Origin: Vairimorpha necatrix
Lineage: Eukaryota
Direction: 5' to 3'
Assembly (NCBI GenBank): GCA_036630325.1
Contig: CP142729.1
Location: forward strand, 124,001-188,000
DNA length: 64,000 nucleotides
Each line of letters opens with the position of its first letter. Within the stretch, counting starts at the first letter, position 1. Below the pieces are notes generated by a model. The model saw only the letters and a list, made by a program, of their open reading frames with translations, was not told the origin of the DNA and searched no databases. This document shows, one piece after another, positions 12,874-24,924 of the stretch. The translations under genes were made by a program, and so were the position numbers.

Positions 12874-13504
12874 GGTACATGACCGTTTGGAACTCGCTTT
12901 GAGAAAATGAACCCGCTTTGAAAATTTTAAAAAAAAGGAAAAATAAAAAAAACTTATAAAAAAGAGACTTGATGATTTATTTAAAATAATGAAAGAAGAC
13001 GATTTATCCGTTGATTTTTAAGGATTTGGAAAGCTCAGAGGAACTTTAACCGGTACTCATAGTGTTCGTCCTGGTTTATTCCATGTCTATATCATATATT
13101 TTTTTTTAGAAATGAGCTAAAACTAATTAAATTATTTGCTATTGGGTCTCAGAATCGCTAGGATTTACAGCGTTGATGGTATGATTCACAGTTCTTTGCA
13201 TCATCCTTAGCTTGTCTAATGTGGTCTCATATCCTCCCATTGATCAAGATCATAATAGAAACAGGGTATACATTATCCCGTATTGCCTCAAGAAAAAAGC
13301 AGTATTTCTATAGTTACAGAAACGAGCAAGGCGTGCGCCGATTCAATCACATGTTACTATAATACATTTTCTTTGTTTTCCATGTATAATTGTATTTTAT
13401 TTCTAAAAAGCTCATCTGCCCCGACAAACATTGTTTTTGCCAATTTTGTTATTTTTTAAAAAGGGCCCTTTAAAATTTCAAAGCGGGTTCCAAACGGCCA
13501 TGCC
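12874..13504 (-). mobile_element. Internally deleted Merlin-like TIR element
   Basis: TIRs CATGrCCGTTTGGAACyCGCTTTGA at both ends; minus-strand remnant RTVNHTINAVNP resembles the Merlin TVNHS motif. Confidence 0.7.
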
Positions 13505-14439
13505 TGAAATATAAAAGAAATTCGTGTTTGATAAAGGTTGAGATAAAAGAGAAACGAAGCAACCAGCAATGAATTTATTAATAAGAAAGTTATAAAATGT
13601 GTGGTAATTTTTAACACATTATTATATTTTTATTTATTTTCCACCAAATAAATTTTAAAAAAAATATGTTGTTATAGATTTTCTTTTTATGTTACCCCGG
13701 CCACCTTAAAAGAAAAAAAGGAGTCTTTGAGAACGAACGTCGAAAATAAATATAGTAACGACCAAAAATATTTTAGGGAGGAGCACTATCGAGTGTTATT
13801 TACAAAAAAAAACCGCTCCACTGGTGGTAATACCACAAAATGCTATTAAAGAAATAGTATTGTTCAAATAAAACAGGACAGAGAAAAAAATTACTGACCA
13901 CTCTAAATATAAAATTATTGCGGACAATTGAACAAACTATCTGAAAAGTGTTAGTGTATTAAATGTTTATTTTTCTCCAGAACTCAAACTCTTCGGAGTT
14001 GTTCTTTTTATGTTTGTAGAGAAAAAATTATTCATTTTTCTTCTAAGGAACAATTCGAAAGGAAGAAATTATATATAAAATAGCCTTCTTCTAGTTTCCA
14101 CATTGATTTAGCACTACTTAGACGCAGTCGGAAGGCAGTAATCGTGGTTTTATATCGTTCGTTCATTAATATACCCTTTGTTTTTGTTTATTGTGAGAGA
14201 AAAATTTTCTAAGTCTTTTTCTACCATAAACCAACTCTTAAAAGTAATCCAATCAAATATAGAACAACTTAACGCATCTTACATTTTAAACCTTTTATAT
14301 AGCAAATGGAAATTTTTAATAATATTGAAAAGGTTAAAAATTAAAATATAAGTGAGTCTAGATTACCACAATATTTTTATTTTACTTTTTCAACAAAAGA
14401 ATTGTCTAGAATTTATTTTCCTCTAAATATTTTTTTATT

Positions 14440-14610
14440 CTAAAACACGAAAATGCAGAGGAGTAATTCAAACTGCACAATCAATCGTTGTATCCCCAAA
14501 GGAGAAAATAATGCTCACGCAGACAATTTAAGTATATATCATATTATTTTAACAATATTCTAACATACGTAGAAGCATCATAGAATGCTATCTGAGGAAT
14601 GGCCTACACC
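14440..14610. repeat. Dispersed repeat, inverted partial copy of 31185-31350
   Basis: AGAAGCATCATAGAATGCTATCTGAGGAATGGCC matches the reverse complement of GGCCATTCCTCGGATAGCATTCCATGATGCTTCT with 2 mismatches. Confidence 0.7.
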
Positions 14611-16099
14611 AACGTAATACCTCAATAAGCACAAATTAATTAAATATTTGGCTGTAAATTAAAATTTAAAGTAGTTAGTAAATCCTAATCCCATCTTACT
14701 CTACCTTTTTGACATCACTTTATGGACAAAAAAATAAACATTAATCTATTCTCAAAGGAAGAATTAAATATGCCTTTCCCCCCGTCTAAAAGGTATAAGT
14801 TATTGCTTACCTTTCAGACTTAGTTTTTTATAATAATTATTACTCTCGATAATCCAGCTTCTAATTGTTCTCTATGTAGATTTAGAATTTCAATTTGATG
14901 GAAAAATAATAGGATCTCTTTTTTGATCAAATTATATCTTGTTGAAGTATTCTTTCTTCTAAAAGTACAAATTAAAAATTAAATACAAAAAACAATTAAG
15001 CACCAGCTTCACGTCTATAAAATTTTAGAGCTGATGCTGTCCATACATAAATATATATAAATCGATCAATTTTTTGTTAAAGATAATAATACAAAATATA
15101 GTGCAAAAAATGATGGTTTAACCAATTACATCTTAAAATTTCACATTTTATAAATATTTATCAACTATCATTCTTATTAAGTCACAATTTTCCGTCCTAG
15201 ATTTCACCTCTTTATTAATAAAATCGTAAAAAATATAATAAATAGATTTACATATATCATAATCGAATTAGTTTAAAAAACGGAAAGAAGGGCATTTAAA
15301 TATTTTAAAGAAGTTACAGGGTTTTGCATTTTTATAGTCCAACTTTTGCATTTTTATAGTCCCACTTTTGAAAAAAAATAACAAAAAAACCAAAATTTGA
15401 TACAATGAACAATCAAGAAATTATGTGTAAATAATATACAACCTCATTTAATTAGATAAACTCGTTTTTCTGCCTTGCCATTTCTAGCCATCTTACCATA
15501 TTAGTGTAGAATCCATTACACGAAAGGCTAAACTCATTGTTCAGCACCTGCTCCAAATCTGTTTCTACTGTATTATTTGAGTTTCGTATAGCACAAAACC
15601 TCGATTTTATCATAGAAAAAAATTCTTCAATAGGATTAAGTTGTGGGGAATATGGAGGCAAAAAAAACATAAGATATGCCCAATTCTCTTAGATTATCCA
15701 AAACTTCTCTTAAATGATGAAATTTAGCATTATCCATTATTAAAATTTTTTTAGGATTTATTTGGAAAAAATATACAAGATGCCTTTCAATAAATTCGAC
15801 GAATAGAGCAAAATTATATGCGCCCCTTTTCATTTCGTATGTTATAATATATGATTTTGAAATCACGCAAAGACAACTTAAATTTTTGCCTCGATTTGCG
15901 GGGACTGTTTTAAATGCTTTTTTATTTTTATAAGAAACCCCATAATGCCTTGTAGTATGGGGATTAAATCCAGTTTCATCCAAAAAAATCAAATTTTCTA
16001 GTGAATACCCCGATATTTCCATGGCATATTCGGCTCTTTTATCAATTTTGTTTGCGAATTACGCTCTGCAGGAATTAGAGATAGTCTTTTTCTTGTAAT

Positions 16100-19000
16100 T
16101 GTGGTATCCCACATGTCAAACATATCATTTTTGACATTTCTTGATTTGTTTACCCCGTAAACAAACAATAAAAAACTATAAAAGAAAATTCCATACTTAG
16201 GGGTTTGGAAGATATTTGAAATAAACATTATAGGTTTAACTTATCTTTATTGGAGTTGTACTTCCGCAGGAGGTACGACATATTGAATTCAATAAGAGAG
16301 TACAAACATCATGAACTCCAACCCACGCGAGGAAAGAAATCGCAGGACACAACTCTAAAACTCAAGAAGCAAAAGTAGTCTCTATAAGAATTAATACAGG
16401 TGAAGTGGACCTAGGAATCACCAAAAATGTAGAAATGATTGACGATATCTACGAAATCGATCTACTAGGATGGTTTAAGAAAATTGAAGAAATTTTCCAA
16501 AGGAATCAATGGAACGAAGAGACAAAAAAGCTATTTTTATTCGATCTCATTGAAGATCAGATTATAGACAAAGCCAATTTGAAAGATAACTACGAAGAAA
16601 ACAAGAACTACATCATTTCACAGGTGTTCTCACAGAAAAGAGTCGAGAACTTAATAGTAGAACTGGATAATCTAAAACAAACTGACTACATTTTCTTTGA
16701 TAACTACATAAACGAAATCATGAAACGAGTAACCATCTACAGTAAGGTATCTAATTGCAGCCAGAAGGAATACGAACGAAGATCAAAGGAATCCATTTAC
16801 AGAGGACTTGGCTTAGAAACGGTAAGATACCTTGAGGAACAAAACCTCGAAACACTACTTGAAATCATACCAGCCCTGAAAAGAATGGAAGAAAACATCA
16901 TAACAAGATTTAACATACCGAGGAAGATAAACAACATCTCAGGTATAAGATTCATGAAAAAGTGGTGTAAAGTCCACAAAACTCTGGGACATACAACGAG
17001 AGATTGCGGTCAAAGCAACGAAACAAATCGATCAAATATTAGCAAAGTTAAAAACGAAAAATTTAACCTCAACAAGAAGGCATTAGCTCCCGATACCAAC
17101 TTGAACCTAAAGAATACAACGAGGAAGATTTCAGAACCCAGAGAAAATAAAAACTCTTTAAACTACGTTATTTTAGAAAATCCTACTATTGTCGAACAAC
17201 TCGACATTCCACTCATAATCAATAAGAAACACGAGTCAACAGGAACTCTAGACTGTGGAGCAGGATTAAACTTCATCAAAGCAGACCTCGTAGAACAATG
17301 GAATCTTACCACCAGAGAAAGTAAAGAGATCCAGGTAATGTTTGGAAATAAATCAAACGAAACCACCAGTACGTTAATAGAATTAGAATTACAGCTGAAG
17401 GAAAAAAACGAAACATGTAAAATAGAATTATATCTATTACAAAACTTACCGGTTAATATCTTACTCGGCAGAGACTTTATATCGAGAAATGAAATTATAC
17501 TTGACTTTACAAGAAGGAAAATAATTTGGAACAACTCAACCATGAGTATGAAAACTAATCAAGAAGAAACAGAATTCCAAAAACCTTTGAAAACGCTCAT
17601 TACAAAAGATGAAGCAAGATTACATAAAATCATAGATGACTTTAAAAGCAAAATTAAAGAAAGCGACCCAATAAACACAGATCAAGTCAAATTACAAGTG
17701 TCTAAAAACAACATAAAGCTTAAGAAAATTAATTACGCAGTACCTTCAAACTACAAAGAAGACGCAATACTAGAAATAGAACTACTATTGGACTCTAATA
17801 TAATCGAGGAATGCAACGAAAGGAACACCAGCCCCGCTTTCTTTAAGAAAAAGAAAAACGGCAAGATTAGACTAGTAATAGACTACAGAGAAATTAATAA
17901 CTTTATCGAAGACGAAGTAGAAATAATTCCAAAGATGGACGATATCATTTATCAAATCGGAAAAAGCGAAGTAATAAGCAAATTGGACCTGACGAATGGA
18001 TTTAACCAATTACTCCTAACAGAAGAAAGCAGGAAATGGACAGCATTCTCTATATTCGGCAAAACATTCAGATACAAAAGACTCCCTTTCGGATTAAAAA
18101 ATGGCCCCAAAGCATTCCAGAAAACAATGAACAAAATACTCTTCGGGATCAAAAATATATCGGTATACATAGACGACATAATTATAGCCACGAAGGACTA
18201 CGAGTCTCATCTGAACACACTAAAGAATTATTTACAAGGCTACAGAAGCACAACGTAATTGTAAACTTCGCTAAATCAGAATTCTGCACCAAAGACACAG
18301 AAATTCTAGGAACAAGAATCTTTAACGGTAAAATGTACCCTCTCACTAAAGACAGTAAACTAATCGAAAACATGAAATGTAAAACCAAAAAATATCTACA
18401 GAAAATAATAGGAATATTCAATTGGTATAGGAAATACATCCCAAATTTAAGCTTAGAAATTTTAAATTTAACAGAAAAACTAAAAGGGAAAGAACAGATA
18501 GTTAAACTAACTAAAGAAGACAATTCAACGATAAATAAGCTAATAGACAAACTAAAGAATAAAAGCTACCTAGTACTACCAGACTATAACAAAAAATTTA
18601 CACTACACTGCGACACCTCAGAACTCGGAATGGGAGCAGTATTATCAAAGGAACACGGAATAATACTAAATATAAGCATGAAGTTCAACAAAACAGAAAG
18701 AAACTACACAATAGTAGAGAAAGAATACTTCGCGATAGTCTACGCAATGGACAAATGTAGAAACATTATACTTGGAAATTATGTCGAAATACACACGGAT
18801 AATAGGAACTGCCTTTTTAAAAGCAAAATAAGCAGAAGAATAGAAAGATGGGACGCGATGATGCTAGAATACAACTACAGTATAAAACAAATAGCTGGTG
18901 AAGACAACACCGTAGCAGATCATCTATCAAGATGTTTCAGAACAGAAAAAGCTAAGTACGAAAACGATCTAATAAATACAATAGAATTATATGCAGAGAA

Positions 19001-20193
19001 AATATCTACAAAAAAATTCGGGACAAAAAACTGGAAAAAGAACAAAGATGATAAAATAATAACTAAAAACTCCGAATCCGAAAACTTCCTAAAAAAGATA
19101 CATGAAATTGCTGGTCACCCAGGAATAGTCGTATTGAACAAAAATTTATCTCCCTTTTACAGCATCAACGGAATAAAAAGCAAGATAATTAATGTAACAA
19201 AAAACTGCAAAATATGCAACCTAAACAAGAAAGAAAAAGTAAAAATTCAGAAATTACAAATAACCTCCGATAAAATGTACGGAACGATTGCAATGGACAT
19301 ATTTGGACCATTTGAACTCGAAAATTTCATCCATGAAGATATTCATCACAAGGCATATTATCTGTCCATAACAGATGTCTATTCAAGAGTCTCAAGGGTA
19401 TACCTACTGTATAACATCACGGAAAATACCATAATAAAATGTATAGATAAATGGATACAAGAATTCCAACAGCCGGAAAAAAATTATCATGGACAATGGC
19501 ACACAATTCTCAGGCGAAAAACTAAGAGAAAAATACGGAAACTGTAGGGGAATTAAACTTATAAACACCCCAATATATCATCCACAAAGTAACGGAATGG
19601 CTGAAAGACAAAACAGCATAATAGCTGAGTGCTTAAGAATGAATAGATCTAATAACATCAGAGAAACAACAAATAAAATCAACATCAAGCTAAACGTCAA
19701 TTATAAAAGAACAATCGGATGCTCACCATTCGAACTGGAGAAAAAATACAGTTTTTTTGACCCATTCAAAAGGCAAACCACCAACAAAGAGCCTAAAAAT
19801 AAAACAACTCCCATTATACCAAACCTTAAAAATGATAAAAAATTACAAATAAACGAAAAAGTATTTATTAAAGAATTCAACGCCGGTAAGATGGATGAAC
19901 AGTATAAAGGACCATACACAATCAAAGAAATTGTAAACAAGGGAATCTGGGCCAGAGTGAACGAAGGAGGAAATTGGATCCACATAAAAGACATTAAAAG
20001 AAGTGGGTAGGATGTGGTATCCCACATGTCAAACATATCATTTTTGACATTTCTTGATTTGTTTACCCCGTAAACAAACAATAAAAAACTATAAAAGAAA
20101 ATTCCATACTTAGGGGTATGGAAGATATAAGAAATAAACATTGTAGGTGTAACTTATCTTTATTGGAGTTGTACTTCCGCAGGAGGTACGACA
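16100..20193 (+). mobile_element. Ty3/Gypsy LTR retrotransposon, full length, frameshifted
   Basis: 181-bp TG..CA LTRs (16100-16280, 20013-20193); TSD GTAAT/GTAAC; PPT before the 3' LTR; CHHC knuckle, LDCGA protease, YIDD RT, RNase H, HHCC-DDE integrase with GPY. Confidence 0.96.
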
Positions 20194-20599
20194 GTAACAT
20201 TAAGATATTTCAACTTTCGAGAAATAGTAGACAAAGACATTGAAACATTTGCTAAAGAATTTAGTTCTTCTTTGATTTCACTAAGAGTCTTGTCATTACT
20301 ACGTACAATTATGTTTTTTAGCACAAGGTCGGATGGCTTTAATACACTAGAAGATGATACTTTGATACGATTTATTGTACTTGTAGAACAAATGGGTTCT
20401 CCCTCTAACATTTTCCTATGTATTTTCCAAACTGTTTTATAACTTAAATCTAATGTAGTAGCTATATTATTTAATGTCAATATTTTGTTTTTTATATGTT
20501 TTTCAATAAGTTTTAAGACATCTGGAGTGACTGTAGATCTTGGTTTTCTAGGCATTAGGGGGGGTTTTTTCAAAAAAAAAGGCCTTCAGAAATAAAAAA

Positions 20600-20735
20600 A
20601 AATGGACTATAAAAATGCAAAAGTTGGACTATAAAAATGCAAAAGTTGGACTATAAAAAATGCAAAAGTTGGACTATAAAAATGCAAAAGTTGGACTATA
20701 AAAATGCAAAAGTTGGACTATAAAAAATGCAAACC
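20600..20735. repeat. Subterminal 21-22-bp tandem repeats of the Tc1 element
   Basis: About six GGACTATAAAAATGCAAAAGTT units; only about two inverted units at 15320-15370. Confidence 0.9.
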
Positions 20736-21189
20736 CCTGTAAACACCCCGCTCAAATGTACCAAAAAATGATTTATTGTAATTTCTTTTATAAAATTTCA
20801 ATCATTGAAAATTTTCATTATTCTCATGTATATTCTAGAAATTAAAAAAAAATTATTTTCGCTATCATCTGATTTATTTTTTTTATGATGTCAGATAATA
20901 AAGTATATTATATTTATAAAAAAAAGTAGAAAAGTCTAGATTAAATTGCATGTTATTTAAAATGGCTTTTCTTTTATATTTTTAAAACAATGGTTGAGTT
21001 AATCATGCTGATCGAGGGAACTTGTGCAAAAATAGTCTGGTATAAATAAAAAGAGTAATCATTGGTGCCTAGATCACAACAAATCTAATTCCAGTTCATA
21101 ATATAGTCTATACTTGTTTATTATTCTTTTTTGACGATTTGTAAAATTTTAAGAATTTTTATAAAAAATAAAAATTAGTAGCCCCAAAT

Positions 21190-22952
21190 ATGAAACTCTT
21201 GAAAATATTCTCTTCGACTATGTTTATACAAGCTTTTATGCTTCTATACACTAATATTAATAAAACAATGGGGAAATGATGCAGAAGGGAGACTATTTGA
21301 AATTTGATATTAATAAAAAATATGCCAAGGTGTCTATTTCTCCTTGTGGTGGGTTATTAAAAAATGTAATATATTTTATAGAAAAAGATGATGCTACAAA
21401 TAAAAGTGACTTAGATTTTAACATAGATTGTGAAAAAGGAGATGCTACAAATAAAGGGGACTTATATTTTAGCATAGAATGTACGAACAAAACCATAGAT
21501 CATATTATAAACGACTATGAAAAGAAATTAATTGAGATGTTAGATCTTGACAGCTTAGAACTAATTGTCCTTACATACAGAGAAAATGATTTGGACGCGT
21601 GTGTTAGTCCTGATGAATGTATTACCATGAGAAAAATTATAGAAGAAATCAGAATGCTAAACATAAGTTTTAGAAACCAAAACCATAAAAATCTTTTGTA
21701 TATTTGTGAAGAAAAATCTCATATACAAGAAATTTTCAAGAAAAAAGTGATAAGCCAATATAGCTACGATGATATGGAATGTTTCCCTGGATTTGGTCTT
21801 AAACTTGTTGTAAATTCGACTGGTGATACAGATCGTGTTATATTGAGATTATTTATAGAAAATGTCTATTATTTTTTCGAATTTCCTATAAGAGAATTTA
21901 AGGAGTTCATGTGTCCTTCAATAGTACATAAATTAGACTCAACTGATGCAATACTATTGAAATGTCTTACTTTTTTTGATTTATTTGTTGAAAATTCGAC
22001 TTTACGGGATTACGATATTTGCAGTTTCCATACAGATGAAAATATTGATAATTACAATGAAACAGATATTATAGCTAATTTAGACTTGGCTTCTACATCA
22101 ATTGAATATTTTATGCTTTTTCAACAGAGTTTGGAGGAATTTGAAACGAAAACAGAAGAACAACATTTAGCAGAAATACAGAAAAGCTATATAAAAATTT
22201 CTGAGATTCTCGATATGAAAATTTACAAGGAAATTGAAATATTTTATCTTTTATTAAAAAAATACAATAAGGTAAAATTTGTCATACAGAGAATTTTGAA
22301 CACGTCCGTTATGAGTATTAATAGATTATTTACATATATATTATTTATTGAAAAATTAATAGACAGATGTGATATTAATTTATTAATTGAAAATGTTGAA
22401 GTAAATGAAATTAAAAAAGAAGAACTTATTGATTCCATTGTTAAAAAACTATCGGAGTGTAGCACATACGATTTGTATTGTATTAAAATTTGTCTATTTA
22501 TCGAAGCAGAAATATTTATTAATTTAGTTCCTGCAAGTAAAGATTTCTTATTTTCAACCCTAAGAGATATTGGAAATCATATTGAAGATAATAACCATAT
22601 TAAAAAATGTAGAACCTTTACAGACTGCAATAATATTGATTTGATTAAAACATTTAAAGAAATAAATCTAAGGTCGAATAAAAAACATGATGACTGCATC
22701 ATATATAATTTCTGTGCTATAGTATCATTATTTACAGGATCAAAAATAAATTTCGTATTTAATTACGAGACAAAAAAATATGAAGAGTTTAATAAAAGTC
22801 ACATTATAAACATGTTGAAATTTGACAGAGAAATGGTAGAAGGGAACAATGAAAAAATCAAAGCAATGCTAATAGGAAAAAATGGAAAGAATAAAACCAT
22901 GGATAACAGCAAAAAGAAATTTTATAAAAAATCGGCTTGTACAATAATTTAA
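21190..22952 (+). CDS. Signal-peptide family protein (MKLLKIF family), 1-bp frameshift near 21270
   Basis: CCCC then ATG at 21190 encoding MKLLKIFSSTMFI, out of frame with the 558-aa ORF at 21276; shares KGDY, YFFEF, IKICLFIEAE, SLFT with 60966-62705. Confidence 0.8.
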
Positions 22953-23474
22953 TACAGAAATTCATAAGTTTGTTTATTAACTTCTTCTTTCCAAAAATAA
23001 ATAAAATTTTCTCTAATTTTTTTATACATATTGTCAAGGAACAGATCTCCAGTGGCCCCGAGATTGCCCTGGAGACCAGAGAATACTATCCTTTAAATAT
23101 TCTCTTTCTTTTTCCAATAATGTTTTGAAGGGAAAATGTACATTTTTTTCGCCTAAAAAAATAAAAGAAATTCATGCCCCCAAGGGGTTGTCAATTAATG
23201 TCAAGCGCCCAGGGCGCACGTGCGCCCAGCCCGCACAAAAACGAAGTTTTTGCCGGGTTCGAGCGCAGTGAGAACAATTTTTTTTTTCCGATGGAAAATT
23301 AAGGAATAAAAAATAATAGATTTGTTTTACTTTAAAAAGATAATTAAATTGTTTAGATTTACAGAAGTTTTTTTTTGCATGGGAATATTTTTGATATTGG
23401 AATCTTTTTAAACTCAAGATAATATGTTGGGTTCGGGAATCCTTATAAGTAAAAGTACTGACAAAATATATAAA

Positions 23475-24764
23475 CTAATTTTTTATTTTTTTAATCAAAT
23501 TTAAATCTACTATAACTTCATTTCCTTCTAAATTTAACTTTACTCGATTGTTAGATAAAATTTCTATTACTATAGACTCTTTATGATAGAAAGATTCAAG
23601 TTTTTTTTTCTTAGTTTTTTTATTATTATCAAAATCTTTTTTCAATAAAACAGTATCACCTACTTCAAAATCATAAATAGAATTGTGTACCGCGCGTCTA
23701 TCCATTCGTGCAAAGTATTTTTTTTGGTAACTCGAAAATACACAGTCTTCTTTAGATTTTTCTTCCTTTTTAACACAATCGATTTCATTATCAACAGACA
23801 CAGGACATATTTCTCTATCTAACTCTAAAGACACTTTATTCTCAGGTTCTAAATTTTTACGAACTACTGTGTTGTAACCAGCTCTGTTAAACATTTTCTC
23901 AAATGGAGTAAAAGAAGTCGCAGAATGAACTGCTTGATTATAAACACTAGTAACCTTTTTTAGACAATCAATCCACCTTTCACTTCGTTCTGATGTTTCT
24001 TCGTCCATTAATTTTTTTGATAATAACCTTGTGATTGTTTGGTTAAACCGTTCCACCTGACCCTGTGTCTGTGGATGTCTAGGTCTCCCGTTTATTAGAA
24101 GGATTTTATATTTTGATGCAAGATCATACATCAATTTGTTCCTAAACTCCTTACCATTATCACTTTGAATGATCCCAGGTACACCATAATGTTCAAATAA
24201 ATCCTCCAAACACTCTATAACACACTCAGCTGTCTTACCTTTTATCGGATATGTTCTGGCAAATTTTGAATATACATCCAAAATAGATAATATCCAGCAA
24301 TACCCATCGTTAAACTCCTTGTATGATCTCATATCAATAAGATCTATCATTAGGCGTTCCCATGGAAATTCTGCTGTAATATGTTTCATTTTTTCCTTTG
24401 TCTTCAAAGGCTGACATTGAGCGCAAATTTTACATTCACGTACAACATCACGTATCAATTCCCTTGGGATTGAAAAATATAAACATTTACTTTTTAGGTA
24501 TAGGGCATTCTGACCTAAATGCCCATCTACGTGAAGTTTTTGCATTTCTAACTTCATCGCACAAATATCCGTTTGTGCAAAAACCTTTAAATGTAGATTG
24601 TCGATACCTCTTAAGTAAAGATGATTATCTACAATTGTAAAGTGTTCAGCCTTTTTCCTTAATCTCGCCAAAGAAAACCTCGAAATATCTTTTACGACTT
24701 TGTTTTCTACAATAATATCTAGAATATTTTTATATTCTTCCGAGTTTTTCACAGGTAAGACCAT
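23475..24764 (-). CDS. Gypsy-like integrase/transposase (HHCC + rve DDE)
   Basis: HVDGH..CKIC, LMIDLID, QSDNGKEF, HPQTQGQVERFN; uninterrupted 429 aa. Confidence 0.93.
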   Translation of the reverse strand: MVLPVKNSEEYKNILDIIVENKVVKDISRFSLARLRKKAEHFTIVDNHLYLRGIDNLHLKVFAQTDICAMKLEMQKLHVDGHLGQNALYLKSKCLYFSIPRELIRDVVRECKICAQCQPLKTKEKMKHITAEFPWERLMIDLIDMRSYKEFNDGYCWILSILDVYSKFARTYPIKGKTAECVIECLEDLFEHYGVPGIIQSDNGKEFRNKLMYDLASKYKILLINGRPRHPQTQGQVERFNQTITRLLSKKLMDEETSERSERWIDCLKKVTSVYNQAVHSATSFTPFEKMFNRAGYNTVVRKNLEPENKVSLELDREICPVSVDNEIDCVKKEEKSKEDCVFSSYQKKYFARMDRRAVHNSIYDFEVGDTVLLKKDFDNNKKTKKKKLESFYHKESIVIEILSNNRVKLNLEGNEVIVDLNLIKKIKN

Positions 24765-24838
24765 TTGAGGGATGTTATGAAATATTTTTTAAAATGGTGT
24801 TGTTTTTAACTTATTTATATTTTAAGGTTTTTTTATAA

Positions 24839-24924
24839 CTGAGTTTAGCTCAGCGGTCAGAGATTCTGAAACGAACTGGTCAAATTTTAAGAGGAAGGGT
24901 TCGATCCCCGCGCGAGCCATTTTT
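24839..24924 (+). ncRNA. tRNA-like Pol III cassette inside the Ginger-like element
   Basis: Box A TAGCTCAGCGG (24846-24856), box B GGTTCGATCCC (24898-24908), then CCA and TTTTT; acceptor stem does not pair properly. Confidence 0.55.

Larger units (their letters stand above)
15317..20739 (-). mobile_element. Tc1/IS630-like DD34E transposon interrupted by a Gypsy element
   Basis: TA-CAGGG...CCCTG-TA termini. Transposase runs from ATG 20555 (MPRKPRST, HTH) to KYLN|ITRKRL across the insertion, then FLDETGF, MDNAKFH, LPPYSPQLNPIE, ending at 15452; frameshifted. Confidence 0.92.

Noticed and set aside
20600-20735. CRISPR-like array
   Set aside because: Units are contiguous with no unique spacers, no cas genes, eukaryotic context; they are Tc1 subterminal repeats.
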